Shown: positions 18,544 to 28,997 of the stretch, in pieces | Layout: each line of letters opens with the position of its first letter | Numbering within the stretch: the stretch's first letter is position 1 | IMG/VR virus record: IMGVR_UViG_2740892488_000014 | DNA: 30,859 nt | Source: a virus | Taxonomy: Duplodnaviria; Heunggongvirae; Uroviricota; Caudoviricetes | Strand: one strand, 5' to 3' | Translations under genes and position numbers: made by a program | The notes under the pieces: model-generated | What the model was told of the DNA's origin: nothing | Databases searched by the model: none | Seen by the model: only the letters and a program-made list of their open reading frames with translations

Positions 18544-18963
18544 ATGAGCACAAAAACAGAATTGCTGGCGCGTATTGACGATCTGAGCGCTCAGCTCGGT
18601 CGCGAATTACCGCGCAGCGGGACTATTGCGGAACTGGAATCAATCGTTGCCGGCGCTGAGTCAGAGCTCGATATTCTGAACGAGCAATCCGGTGACGCGG
18701 GAGGCATCGAGATTACAGTGAATACTGCGTCCGGGACCGATAATGAACTCGCTCAATCAATCGCGAGCGCTATCGTTTCACAGTCACAAGAGCAGGAGCT
18801 CGCACCGGCTACGCGCCGCGTCAAGTTGCGTAACACGCTGGACGTTTATCACTACGTGAACGGGCGTCGCGTTCGCGAGATTGTTGCCGCAGGCCGTGAA
18901 ATTGTTGTTGATTCACCGGAGGTCGCAGACCTTATCGCAGCTGATCACGTTTACGCTCTATGA
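18544..18963 (+). CDS. DNA-packaging protein (lambda FI-like)
   Basis: 139-aa acidic protein; N-terminus MSTKTELLARIDDLSAQLGRELPRSGTIAELE resembles lambda FI. Confidence 0.6.
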   Translation: MSTKTELLARIDDLSAQLGRELPRSGTIAELESIVAGAESELDILNEQSGDAGGIEITVNTASGTDNELAQSIASAIVSQSQEQELAPATRRVKLRNTLDVYHYVNGRRVREIVAAGREIVVDSPEVADLIAADHVYAL

Positions 18964-19341
18964 GCTACTACGATGACCTCCGGGCCGGCGACGAGGAGAT
19001 GATCCGTGAGTGGGGACGGCCCGTTAAATTACGCGGTAAAACCGACCCCATTATCGCTATTTTCAACGAGCCTTACGCGCGCGTTGACGTTCCTCACGCT
19101 GGTTTTATTACCGGTACAGTAACGAGCCTGACGGCGCTCTCGGACGACGTCGCTGGCGTTGTTGCGCGTGACGTCGTCCAGGTTCCAAAGCAGCGCAGCA
19201 TCGAACCTGACGGCTCTGTTACCTGGTCTGGCTGGACCGATTACGTGGTTAAAGAGCCTCAACCTGATGGCACAGGGCTCACGAATATTTTTTTTAGAGC
19301 CTCACACGTCCAGCGAAAACAGCGAGTATTCAAAATACTAA
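18960..19341 (+). CDS. head-tail joining protein (FII-like); 3' end ambiguous at a T8 run
   Basis: As written the ORF runs to 19472 and overlaps the next gene by 100 nt; 9 T's at 19288-19295 would stop it at …GLTNIFF (113 aa), 7 T's would stop it at 19341; both fit an FII-sized protein. Confidence 0.4.
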
Positions 19342-19372
19342 GTGGGACCTCGGTCCCACTTAAGGGGGAACC

Positions 19373-20053
19373 GTGGCCGATTTACGTAGTAACGCGCAGA
19401 TGTTCGATATCGATGTTTCGGCGCTGGAGCAGCTCAGAGTCGAAATCAGCGCGACGCAACATCAAATGTTAATGGTATACAACAGGGCGCTGAACCGAAC
19501 TGCAAAACATATGCACCGAATTTCAGCAGGAATGATTTTGACTGCACTGGCAGCTAAAAATCATAAGGCCGTAGATAAACGAATCAAGCCGTTCATTAAG
19601 CGCCGTAATTTTACAAAAGAAGGGGCAGGAGACCTGAGCAGCGCCAAGCTCTGGTACGGTCTGAATGATTTCCGGGTATCTGAGCTAAAGGGGCGATTAC
19701 AAAATCCACGGAGGCAAAAACAGCCTCGCGATCTTGAGACCGGCCTGTTTTTGAAAACCAAAAAAGGCGCTAGAGGGGCAACTTTTACACCCAAAAGTGC
19801 AGGGCTGGCGATGATGAGTTGGCCCGATTCATTCGTAGCGAAACGCTACGGTGCGAAAAGTGTCTGGATTCGACTGGATCGCGGAGGAATCGAAGAGGCT
19901 CGCGTACCTGTGCACGACGCGCTGGAGGATGCTATCGATGATTATATTTTTGAAAACATTGGCCCTGTTTTTATGGGCTTTTTTGAGAAAGATTTGCGCG
20001 GTCGCGTGAAAGGTAATGTCCACGTAGACCCAAAAACAGGTAAACGATTATGA
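19373..20053 (+). CDS. hypothetical virion (neck/tail completion) protein
   Basis: 226-aa ORF from GTG 19373 with AAGGGGG Shine-Dalgarno; sits between the head and baseplate genes; no family recognised. Confidence 0.4.
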   Translation: MADLRSNAQMFDIDVSALEQLRVEISATQHQMLMVYNRALNRTAKHMHRISAGMILTALAAKNHKAVDKRIKPFIKRRNFTKEGAGDLSSAKLWYGLNDFRVSELKGRLQNPRRQKQPRDLETGLFLKTKKGARGATFTPKSAGLAMMSWPDSFVAKRYGAKSVWIRLDRGGIEEARVPVHDALEDAIDDYIFENIGPVFMGFFEKDLRGRVKGNVHVDPKTGKRL

Positions 20054-20586
20054 GCGGACTGGATGCATTTGACGAATATCTTGATCGCGTTAAAGGCGCG
20101 GTTTTACAAATACCGTTCATCAAAACATTCGGAATTTATCCGGAAATTCCGGCTGGATTTGAAACGCCAGCTCTGTTCCTGGAAATCAGCAACTGGTCAC
20201 AGAGTGACGAATCGGTTCCAGGCTCAATTCAGTCAGTCGAGCTGTCGTGTAATTTGTATTTGCTGCGTGAATTTGCAGCTGATCAGTACGGACTGAAATC
20301 GCAGAATGCAGCGCTCTATATGACGAGCTGGATCAATGGGCGAATGTTCGGTCCCGGAACTAAACCGGCAAAATTCAGCGACGCGGAACCGTGCGACTGG
20401 ATTAAAAACGGGCAGTCAGTCGGTTCGCATTCAGTTCAGTGCGTGTCGTTCACGCAGGTTGTAGGCGTTGGTCCAGATATTTTCGATTATCCCTCACAGG
20501 GGACCCTGAAAAATATATACGTCGGAATAGCACCAGATATCGGCGCAGAACATGAGGGCGACTATTATGGCCCAATCGGACGATGA
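20050..20586 (+). CDS. hypothetical virion protein (possible tail completion)
   Basis: 178-aa ORF translationally coupled to the neighbours (ATGA overlap); called by position. Confidence 0.4.
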   Translation: MSGLDAFDEYLDRVKGAVLQIPFIKTFGIYPEIPAGFETPALFLEISNWSQSDESVPGSIQSVELSCNLYLLREFAADQYGLKSQNAALYMTSWINGRMFGPGTKPAKFSDAEPCDWIKNGQSVGSHSVQCVSFTQVVGVGPDIFDYPSQGTLKNIYVGIAPDIGAEHEGDYYGPIGR

Positions 20587-21469
20587 ATATGCTGCAGCGG
20601 AGAACGCGCGCAGGCTGCGTGACGCAGTTAAACGCGGCACGATAGCTGCAGTTAAAATGAATCCTCCACGCTGCCGAGTCTCATTTGGTGGCGAACACCA
20701 GTCAGGCTGGCTGCAGTGGTTTACTCACGCCACCTCAGAACGCGTCGACTGGAGCGCACCATCAGTGGGCGATCCCGTTACTGTTGTTTCTGAGGGTGGG
20801 GATACGCGGAACGGTGTAGTTATGCTCGGGCTGCACATTGACGACAAAGCTCCGCCAAGCAATGACCCCCATGATCATGTCACTGCATACTGTGACGGGG
20901 CTACGATGACGTATAACACAAAAAATCACACTCTGACATGGCAGGGCGTACCGGACGGCGTGGTAAAAATACTCGGTGAGTCTGAAATAGAAATATTTGG
21001 ACGCGCAGATGTTACTATTAATAGCGAAAATGTAGTTAATATCCATGGTGGGAAATTAATTAACGCAGACGCTGATATTATTAATGTCACAGCGACAGAT
21101 ACAATTAACGCACATGCTGATTTAGTGAACGTTATAGCAACGAGTTCTGTTAGTGTTACTGCTGCGAACAGAATATCGCTGACAGCTCAAACAATCAGCG
21201 CGTGGGCTCCGGGTGGTATAACACTAGCTGGTCCAACGCATATTACCGAGACATTAGTAGTAGATAAATTAGCGACATTCCGTAACGATATTTCTGTCAC
21301 TGGAGATAACGGTGGAACAGGTAATATCACAACTCGCGGTAGTGTGTTAGCAGGGCAAGAGGTGCAGGACCGACAAGGCACAATAACTGAAGTCCGCACA
21401 ACGTATAACGGACACACTCATATATGTCCGGACGGGGAAACTCAACAACCGAACCAACCAATGGCGTAA
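20567..21469 (+). CDS. baseplate central spike protein (P2 gpV-like)
   Basis: N-terminal …CRVSFGGEHQSGWLQWFTH…WSAPSVGDPV… matches the gpV fold; AT-rich repeat segment 20990-21300; C-terminal …HTHICPDG…; GAGGG Shine-Dalgarno before ATG 20567. Confidence 0.8.
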   Translation: MAQSDDEYAAAENARRLRDAVKRGTIAAVKMNPPRCRVSFGGEHQSGWLQWFTHATSERVDWSAPSVGDPVTVVSEGGDTRNGVVMLGLHIDDKAPPSNDPHDHVTAYCDGATMTYNTKNHTLTWQGVPDGVVKILGESEIEIFGRADVTINSENVVNIHGGKLINADADIINVTATDTINAHADLVNVIATSSVSVTAANRISLTAQTISAWAPGGITLAGPTHITETLVVDKLATFRNDISVTGDNGGTGNITTRGSVLAGQEVQDRQGTITEVRTTYNGHTHICPDGETQQPNQPMA

Positions 21470-21471
21470 AG

Positions 21472-21813
21472 ATGCTTGGAATGGACCGTAACACCGGTAA
21501 ACTTTTATCGGGGACTGATCACATTCGTCAGTCTATCGTTGATATTTTAACGACCCCGCTGGGGACGCGTGTAATGCTGCCGGAATATGGCAGCAAATTA
21601 TTTGATCTTGTTGATAATCCCACAGATCCGTCGCTTGCTATGCGAATAATCATGGAAAGCGCTGGCGCAATAGCACGATGGGAACCACGCGTCAGAATTG
21701 ACAGAATAAATGTGTTAGCAGTGGATATCGGGAAAATAACAATATTAATTATCGCAACAGATATCGAAACACAACAGCGATTAGAGTTTAATAATATGGA
21801 GCTGATATTTTGA
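21472..21813 (+). CDS. baseplate protein (P2 gpW / gp25-like)
   Basis: MLGMDRNTGK…HIRQSIVDILTTPLGTRVMLPEYGS…WEPRV matches GPW/gp25. Confidence 0.8.
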   Translation: MLGMDRNTGKLLSGTDHIRQSIVDILTTPLGTRVMLPEYGSKLFDLVDNPTDPSLAMRIIMESAGAIARWEPRVRIDRINVLAVDIGKITILIIATDIETQQRLEFNNMELIF

Positions 21814-22730
21814 TAACATCAACAGTTCAGAATTCGATAGTGAAAACTATTGATATGAGTCTGCTGCCGCCGCCAGCATTCGTTAAAACCCCGTTATTTT
21901 CAGATGTTAAATCTAATCTACTGTCAGAGCTGCAGATATTATATCCACAATTTAACGCACTCCTGGAGTCAGACCCGGCCGTTAAACTGCTGGAAATAGT
22001 TGCATACAGAGAAATCATTATTACAGCTCGGGTAAATCAGGGGATGCTCGCTGTATTGCTCGCGTTTGCAAAGGGGAGTGACCTCGACCAGATTGGCGCT
22101 AATTTTGACTGCCTGCGGCTGTTGATAACGCCAGCTAATCCCGATGTAATTCCCCCGACTGAGGCTGTTTACGAGAGTGACGACGAGTATCGACACCGAA
22201 TACAGCTATCATGGTATGCGCGGAATACTGCCGGCAGTACGAACGCCTATAACTATTTCGCGCTGTCGAGTGATCCCGACGTTCTGTCAGCTCAGGCGTA
22301 CGGCCCGCCGGTGACCCAGCCTGGATACGTCGATATGTATGTCTTGTCGCGAACCGGCGACGGCACTCCGCCTCAATCACTACTGAATACAGTGAATGCG
22401 GCCCTGTCTCCTGACGATACTCGACCGCTGACTGATTTCGTGACTGTAAAACCTGCGTCGAACCTGAATTACCGGGTTGAGGCCGTTATCGTAGCCGGGC
22501 TCGGACCCGACCAGAACGTTTTGCTTAACGGTGCTCAGAGCGATTTGGCGATATATGTGGATACGCAACATAAAATCGGAGCGACGGCAGCTCTGTCAGG
22601 AATTTACGACGCGATACATCGTGACGGCACTGAACGTGTGATTCTGATATCGCCAACAGAGGATGTGATCGCTGGCGTCGGGCAGGCTCCGTACTGCACA
22701 GAAATCAAACTCAGCGTGCAAATGGGGTAG
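21810..22730 (+). CDS. baseplate protein (P2 gpJ-like)
   Basis: …LLPPPAF…ESDPAVKLLEIVAYRE…DLDQIGANF…TPANPDVIPPT…SDDEYRHRIQ… parallels P2 J; TTG start after a GGAG Shine-Dalgarno. Confidence 0.8.
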   Translation: MITSTVQNSIVKTIDMSLLPPPAFVKTPLFSDVKSNLLSELQILYPQFNALLESDPAVKLLEIVAYREIIITARVNQGMLAVLLAFAKGSDLDQIGANFDCLRLLITPANPDVIPPTEAVYESDDEYRHRIQLSWYARNTAGSTNAYNYFALSSDPDVLSAQAYGPPVTQPGYVDMYVLSRTGDGTPPQSLLNTVNAALSPDDTRPLTDFVTVKPASNLNYRVEAVIVAGLGPDQNVLLNGAQSDLAIYVDTQHKIGATAALSGIYDAIHRDGTERVILISPTEDVIAGVGQAPYCTEIKLSVQMG

Positions 22731-22732
22731 CC

Positions 22733-23359
22733 ATGACAAGTCAAAGCGTACTGCCTCCGAACGCAATAACCCCTGAGAGGGCGCTTGAGGTTGTTTTATC
22801 TCACGTCGGCGATCTGCCTGGCGATATTCGAATTATTAAAAATCCCGATTTGTGCCCTGCAAATCTGTTGCCGTGGCTGGCGTGGGAGTACGCGGTCACC
22901 TACTGGAACCCCGACTGGAGTGAGCAGCAAAAACGCGAAATTATTAAAGCAGCTGCGTGGCAGAATAAGCACCGCGGAACGCGTGGAGCTGTTGAACGAG
23001 CGTTATTAACTGTTGGCTTTGAGAGCAAAATGAGAGAGTGGTTTGAAGCCACGCCCAGGGACGACCCGTATACATTCGCAATTAAAATATATCTGCTAAA
23101 AAGCATGGGGTTAGATTTAGAACTATTGAATACATTTATTGCACAAATATTTGATGCAAAAAATTGTCGTTCCTTATTAAAAGAAATAAATTTCGAAACG
23201 GGTGTCGATGGTGAGTTTTTTATAGCCGGTACACCTTACGCGAAAATAGGCGTAAACGTCCCAGCAGACGGCGACGGCGGTGTAAAAATTAACGGCGGGC
23301 TATATATATCGGGCTCACCAATTGTTAGTTTAAATGTGGAGATAGGGCCAAATGGCTGA
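22733..23359 (+). CDS. baseplate/tail-fibre attachment protein (P2 gpI-like)
   Basis: …NPDLCPANLLPWLAWEY… matches P2 I; C-terminal half is AT-rich. Confidence 0.75.
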   Translation: MTSQSVLPPNAITPERALEVVLSHVGDLPGDIRIIKNPDLCPANLLPWLAWEYAVTYWNPDWSEQQKREIIKAAAWQNKHRGTRGAVERALLTVGFESKMREWFEATPRDDPYTFAIKIYLLKSMGLDLELLNTFIAQIFDAKNCRSLLKEINFETGVDGEFFIAGTPYAKIGVNVPADGDGGVKINGGLYISGSPIVSLNVEIGPNG

Positions 23360-24536
23360 AAATAAAATTTACGCAGTACTGACAGACCGTGGCGCACAAC
23401 TTGAAGCCGCTGCGCTGGCATCGGGTGTACCCGTGGTGCTGAATAAATTCGTTATTGGCGACGCAAACGGAAACGACGACGTAACACCGGACCCGGCACG
23501 AACTGCATTAATTCACGAGACGTATCGTGGGGATATTAAATCCGCAGAAAATAGCGGTAACCAGGTTATCTTTACACTTTACGTACCGCCAGACACTGGG
23601 GGCTATACTATCCGTGAGGTGGGGATATTAACAGATAAAGGCGAGCTGTACTCTGTGGCGCGCTCGCCGGACATTTTAAAACCTACGGACAGCAACGGTG
23701 CGCTGATTTCAATCACGTATAAATACACACTCGCGGTGTCCAGCACATCTACGGTTAATGTTGTAGTATATGACAACTACGTAACTCCCGAGGAAGCTGA
23801 CAAAAAATATTTGCAGATAAGTAAAAACTTATCTGAAATTCCCGCAAATGGTGAAACTGCTCAGCAGGCTGCGCGGAAAAATATTGGTATAGATGGGGAC
23901 GTTGCATATAGAGATAAGGGTAATGCATTTACTCATCCAAATACTTTTAAAGATGATGTGATTTTTGAAGACGTTTTATCCTCTAAAAAACAAATAAATA
24001 TAAACAAACCGGGCACTGATTTGACGTTGTTTTCATTTGCTGGTTTATCAGATGTGTCGGGCGATTATTTAGATTTTTCGACCCGTGGAGAAAACAATCA
24101 GAAGGTTTTTTATAGATTACGCGGAGTTCACTATGATGGCCTGGTGTTACTGTGCGGCGGGCAGACGTATAAATACTGGAATGAGGCTAATCTTAAACCG
24201 GTTAAAACGATTAACGGGGAGTCGCCGGATGAAAATGGCAACATAGATATAAGTCTTTCACCGGACCCATCACCGGAAATAGGTGTTGTTGGCGCGGTTG
24301 GTACTTATGCGCTTGTCGCTATTAATCATGCACCACAAATACTCCCGGGCTCCATATGGGCTGGAGGGGATTTATATTACGCTAGTATAAATAATACCGG
24401 TTCATATAACACGGATATTGCCACAAAACCATTTTATGACACACCACTTATTGGCTCATGGCGAGCCATGGCGTATTCACCCGGTGGAGTCGGTGATATT
24501 GGGACTGCCTGTTTTTTAGCTATTAGGATTGCGTAA
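23352..24536 (+). CDS. tail fibre protein (P2 gpH-like N-terminus, divergent C-terminus)
   Basis: N-terminal YAVLTDRGAQLEAAALASGVPVVLNKFVIGDANGNDDVTPDPARTALIHE…IREVGIL matches the conserved tail-fibre N-terminal domain; the C-terminal two-thirds is AT-rich. Confidence 0.75.
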   Translation: MAENKIYAVLTDRGAQLEAAALASGVPVVLNKFVIGDANGNDDVTPDPARTALIHETYRGDIKSAENSGNQVIFTLYVPPDTGGYTIREVGILTDKGELYSVARSPDILKPTDSNGALISITYKYTLAVSSTSTVNVVVYDNYVTPEEADKKYLQISKNLSEIPANGETAQQAARKNIGIDGDVAYRDKGNAFTHPNTFKDDVIFEDVLSSKKQININKPGTDLTLFSFAGLSDVSGDYLDFSTRGENNQKVFYRLRGVHYDGLVLLCGGQTYKYWNEANLKPVKTINGESPDENGNIDISLSPDPSPEIGVVGAVGTYALVAINHAPQILPGSIWAGGDLYYASINNTGSYNTDIATKPFYDTPLIGSWRAMAYSPGGVGDIGTACFLAIRIA

Positions 24537-24925
24537 TGATAAGCGTTGATTCATTTAGAAAAATAACAAACCCTGTTTTTAATGACGAGCATGGGTTATC
24601 TATAAATATTATTTGCGATATTGACGGGATTGGAAACGACATTCCATTCACCGCAATGAAAAATGATTGCGAGGAACACGGTAGGGTTTTATATGAAAGA
24701 GCGCTGAGCGGGGATTATGGGAGCATTTCTAAATTTGTAAAAAAAGAGCAGACGCAAAAACTCCAGACTACATTACGGACTGTTGGCGATCTGTCAATTG
24801 AGGCATTCTCAATTCAGTGTGCAGTAGATGCCGGAACCGCATCTGACGCGCAAATCGAAAATTTGGCCGAGCTTAAAGAAGCAATAGCGACGCGAATTGG
24901 TGAAAATAGAGAAGGAATAAAATGA
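24536..24925 (+). CDS. putative tail fibre assembly chaperone
   Basis: 129-aa ORF directly after the tail-fibre gene with ATGA overlaps on both sides; AT-rich; called by position and weak C-terminal resemblance to Tfa proteins. Confidence 0.4.
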   Translation: MISVDSFRKITNPVFNDEHGLSINIICDIDGIGNDIPFTAMKNDCEEHGRVLYERALSGDYGSISKFVKKEQTQKLQTTLRTVGDLSIEAFSIQCAVDAGTASDAQIENLAELKEAIATRIGENREGIK

Positions 24926-26425
24926 GCGTAACTAATTTTTTACACGGTATTCGCACGCTCGAATACGACGACGGCACAAAAGAGATCAACACAGTAGATA
25001 TTTCCGTGATTGGGATTGTTGGTACTGCTCCCGATTCCAGCTACCCAACTTGTGCATCACTATTATGGGGATCAGAGCTCGCAGACAATCTTGTTGAGTT
25101 TTCGACTGTCATGCCAGGGGCCGACGGAAACAACTGGATTGTTGAAATTGTTGATTTGGGAATTAACGGGAATGTAGCAACTCCAGGATACAGCACACTG
25201 CCCGACGGTTCGAGAAAATTAACAATGATCACGGACGGTGCCATGACCCCGTCAAAAATGTACGATCAGAACCAGCAGTATAAAGAAGGACTCCAGATTG
25301 GAGAATATATTAACGTCACATTCGGTGGTGATCACGCAGGAACGGGGACTGTATTCGCGCTCCCCCCAACAAATTTATCCGGTGGTAAAGACGAATCGTT
25401 CAAATATAATGTTCCGACGTTAATTGCAGGCAGTCAAAAAAAAAGCTGGATTGCTCGGTGGGTCTGGAACCCTTCCTCCCGCTGTATCTGAAATACTAAA
25501 TCAGGAGGATGCCATTATTGTTGTTGTCCGCGTCGAAGAGGACAGCGACGAAACAAAAATGCGGCAGAACGTCGTTAACGGGATTAACGCATTGTTGACG
25601 TCTGCGCAAATAAATCAAGTAACGCCGAGAATTTTAATCGCTCCAGATTATAGTGCTAACGATTATATTGCAGAACAACTTGAAGTGGTGACAAATAAAT
25701 TACGAGGCGTTGGATATATCGATTCACCGCGAGGCGCTACGCCTGCTGACGTTGTAAATCGTCGTCAGAGGTACGGCGGCAGAATGGAAATTCTGCGCCC
25801 TCGTGTTTATTCTACGAGTGATGTTAGTGGTTTATCTCGTCCGTATTCAGCTATCGCTGCTGGTTTACGAGCCAGAATTGATAACGAAAAAGGGTTTTGG
25901 TGGAGCAAATCGAATCAAAATATCTACGGAATTACAGGACTCGAACAAGTCGATGATTTTATAATCGGTGAAACGAACTGCACAGCAAATCTGCTGAACG
26001 CCAGCCAGGTCAGCACAATTATTCGCTATGATGGATTCAGACACTGGGGTAACTATCTGTGTAGCCTCAGTCCCCAATGGTCCTTTGAATGCGTTCGTCG
26101 GACAGCTGACGTAATTGAGGATTCAATAGCCCGGGCAATGATGACCGATTTTATTGATCGCCCGATAGACCTGCACCTCGGAACAGACGTTGTAGAGTCG
26201 ATAAACGCGTATCTGCATAAATTAGAGGAGCAGGGCGCGATTAACGGAGGACGGGCGTGGTTAGATGAAGAGTTAAATACAAAAGAAAGTCTGGCCGCTG
26301 GTAATCTTTATATTAATGTTGACTTTGGACCGAAATCCCCGGCACAAACAATTACGTTAATGTACCGCATTAATAATGATTACACAGTTGAAGCTCTGGC
26401 CTCTCTTTTTAAAGAAACAGTCTAA
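24922..26425 (+). CDS. contractile tail sheath protein; frame change at an A9 run
   Basis: N-terminus MSVTNFLHGIRTLEYDDGTKEINTVDISVIGIVGTAPDS and C-terminal region (…ARIDNEKGFWWSKSNQ…IRYDGFRHWGN…NLYINVDFGPKSP…) are typical of sheath proteins; ORFs 24922-25491 and 25424-26425 join if the A-run 25436-25444 has one A fewer. Confidence 0.85.
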
Positions 26426-26442
26426 TAATCTGGAGAATTGAT

Positions 26443-26955
26443 ATGGCAGATAGTAACACCTATCGTGCATTTGCGTTGTTCGTCCAGGGAGAACGAGTTT
26501 TAAATTGCACTGAATACACTCCCGTCGATATGAAAATAATCGAAGATGATTTTAAGACGGGCGCTATGGATACAGCTATCACTCTGGACGGGGGAATGGA
26601 GAAAATGTCAGCCAGTTTTAAAGTCTCTGGCTCCGATTCTGGTGTGATGGGGTATTTGGGATTAATACCAGGTGCTAAAACAAGGTTCGAAATTCGAAGT
26701 GCATATACTGACAATTACGGTGTCAATTTTGAACGTATTGATACATATGAGGGGCTTATTACGGCGATTACTGATGACGCGCAGGGGACTGATTCAAAAT
26801 CAGCAGTTGGGCAATCAGTAACGATTGCGCCGAGCTATTATAAACGAGTTCAAAATGGAAAAATTATTTACGAGATTCATCCTGCAAAAATGAAACGAGT
26901 AATTAATGGTGTTGACGTTCTTGCGGGCGTTGCTCGTATTCTCCATGTATATTAA
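26443..26955 (+). CDS. tail tube protein (P2 FII-like)
   Basis: 170-aa ORF directly after the sheath gene with GGAGAA Shine-Dalgarno; size and position match the tube protein. Confidence 0.7.
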   Translation: MADSNTYRAFALFVQGERVLNCTEYTPVDMKIIEDDFKTGAMDTAITLDGGMEKMSASFKVSGSDSGVMGYLGLIPGAKTRFEIRSAYTDNYGVNFERIDTYEGLITAITDDAQGTDSKSAVGQSVTIAPSYYKRVQNGKIIYEIHPAKMKRVINGVDVLAGVARILHVY

Positions 26956-26967
26956 AAGGCAAATAAA

Positions 26968-27249
26968 ATGGAATCATTATTAGACAGTATGACTATTACG
27001 CTCTCTCGCCCGTTTATTATTAAGGGGGAGAGCCGCGATACAATTACTATTCGCGAACCAAAATTACGCGACCGCATTATGTTCAGTAACGATAAAAGTG
27101 GTCTTGAAGAGCGGACAGCGACAATGCTGGCGCGCCTGGCAAATCTGGAGCGTGAGGATTTATATGCACTGCCTGCGTGCGATTACGATCAAATGGAGGC
27201 CGCATTTAACGAACTGGTAAAGCCTCCGAAAGACCGACATCAGATATAG
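26968..27249 (+). CDS. tail assembly chaperone (P2 gpE-like), with an overlapping -1 frame extension (E'-like) to 27380
   Basis: 93-aa ORF before the tape-measure gene; a 55-codon open -1 frame (27210-27380) overlaps its 3' end and the tape-measure start, as in the conserved chaperone frameshift arrangement. Confidence 0.65.
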   Translation: MESLLDSMTITLSRPFIIKGESRDTITIREPKLRDRIMFSNDKSGLEERTATMLARLANLEREDLYALPACDYDQMEAAFNELVKPPKDRHQI

Positions 27250-27357
27250 TTATTCTGATTCCGTTTATTGCGAAAAAACTTGCCATCCCGCCCGATACGC
27301 AAATGGACCTGCCGTACCGGGTTTTTAATTTCTATGTAAACGAGGTCATGAAAATCG

Positions 27358-28997
27358 ATGGCTATTTCTCAAAACTTTAAAACGCAGGTTGTATTCGGTG
27401 GGCGAATAGACCCGTCGTTTCGTCGCGGTACAACAGAACTCAATGATGCGATTCGGCAGACGTCGTCTACTGTCGGGAAATTAACGAAAAGTCAGGATAA
27501 ATTAAAAGACAAAATCGCAGCAATGAAACTGGCAGGTAAAGACGTTTCTGATTTATCTGCTCAGTATCAAAAGCTGGACCGTCGAATAAAAGCGACAACG
27601 CAGGACCAGGAGGCGCTGAATACTCAACTTGCTAAAAAACAGCGGCTGGAGAAGTGGACGGGTCGCGCAAAAGGAGCTGCAAAATGGGGCGGACGAGCCG
27701 CCGCAGGTGCGGTGAGGGCTACGGGGCGGGGTATCAAATGGGGGACACTTGGCGCGGCAGGGCTCATTGGCGGTGCTGCAGCTGGTGCGCTGGCAATGAA
27801 TGCAGAGACGTCAGAAAAACTCGGTCTGGCGAAGTCCTACGGCGTTGGCGTCGAAAAATACGCTGCGTGGGAAAATATTGGTAAAGCCGCGGGCCTGAAC
27901 GGCGAAAATATCGGGGATTTGTCTGAAGAACTTACAAATAAAATCGGCGAAATCGGAAACGAAAAAAGCCTGAATCCCATGTTATTTCAAATTGGCCTGA
28001 CGAAAAAACGAATGGCTGGCTGGGATCGGGAAAAACAGTTTAATGAGGTTATGCGTCGCATCTCTGAAATGAAAGATGAGAAGCAAGCGGCGAGCCTCGC
28101 TGACCAGCTCATGGGGGGCGAGGCTAATAAGATCATGACGTATATGAAGGCGACGGGTAAAAGCTGGGAACAGACAATGTCTGACGCGCAAAAGTCGAAT
28201 TTGTTAACAAAAGAGGGTGCGGAAGGGGCGGCGCGTGCGCATGTATCAGTGACAAATCTGTGGGGCTCTATTACGTCGGGACTTGCAGATACACTCGGTA
28301 AAATCGGGGGGGAACTCGCGCCGACGTTTGACTCAGTACGTGAAACATTTACATCCTGGTTTAAGGATAATCAGGGTGGTTTTGTCAGCACAATTACTGA
28401 GTGGGTAAAACCAGAAAATATGAAAAAATGTGGGATGGCATCGTCAATTTTGGAGAAGGTTGCGTCAAATTCGGGAAGATTATATGGGCTGTCGTAAAGA
28501 AACTGGAGTGGCTTATTCCGGATGAAAAATCAGATGAAGAACAGAAAACTTATAATGACGAATATAATCGGGCATATCAAGAGTTTATGGATTCGGGAGG
28601 TAAATATTCACCGAACGCTGGATTGACTGCTGATAATATTGCGAAGGCAAAAGCCGAAGAGGCTGTCGAAAATATGCGGCATCCAGAACGGCAAGAACAG
28701 GCAAAATCTCAGGCAGAATCAATGCTCGCGTTTGTTAATCCATTATCCGGGATGGTAAATAAAAATACCGCGCCTGCAGCACTGGATTCGTCGACGTTAA
28801 ATATTGATACGTTGAAGCAGGCAGTCTCGACACCTGCGCCGGAGCAAAACAATAAAATCGAAATCAATATTGTCGGTGCGACAGATCCGCAGTCAATACA
28901 ACAATCTGCAGCGTCGGGGGTGCTCGATGGACTGAGACAGGCTGCGAGTTCGTACAATCGTGGCGCGATGTTTGATAAACCAGCTGCGGCGGGGTGA
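27358..28997 (+). CDS. tail tape-measure protein; frame change at an A6 run
   Basis: Long helical Ala/Gly/Lys-rich protein following the chaperone; ORFs 27358-28497 and 28401-28997 join if the A-run 28423-28428 has one more A (…PENMKKMWDGIVNF…). Confidence 0.8.
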
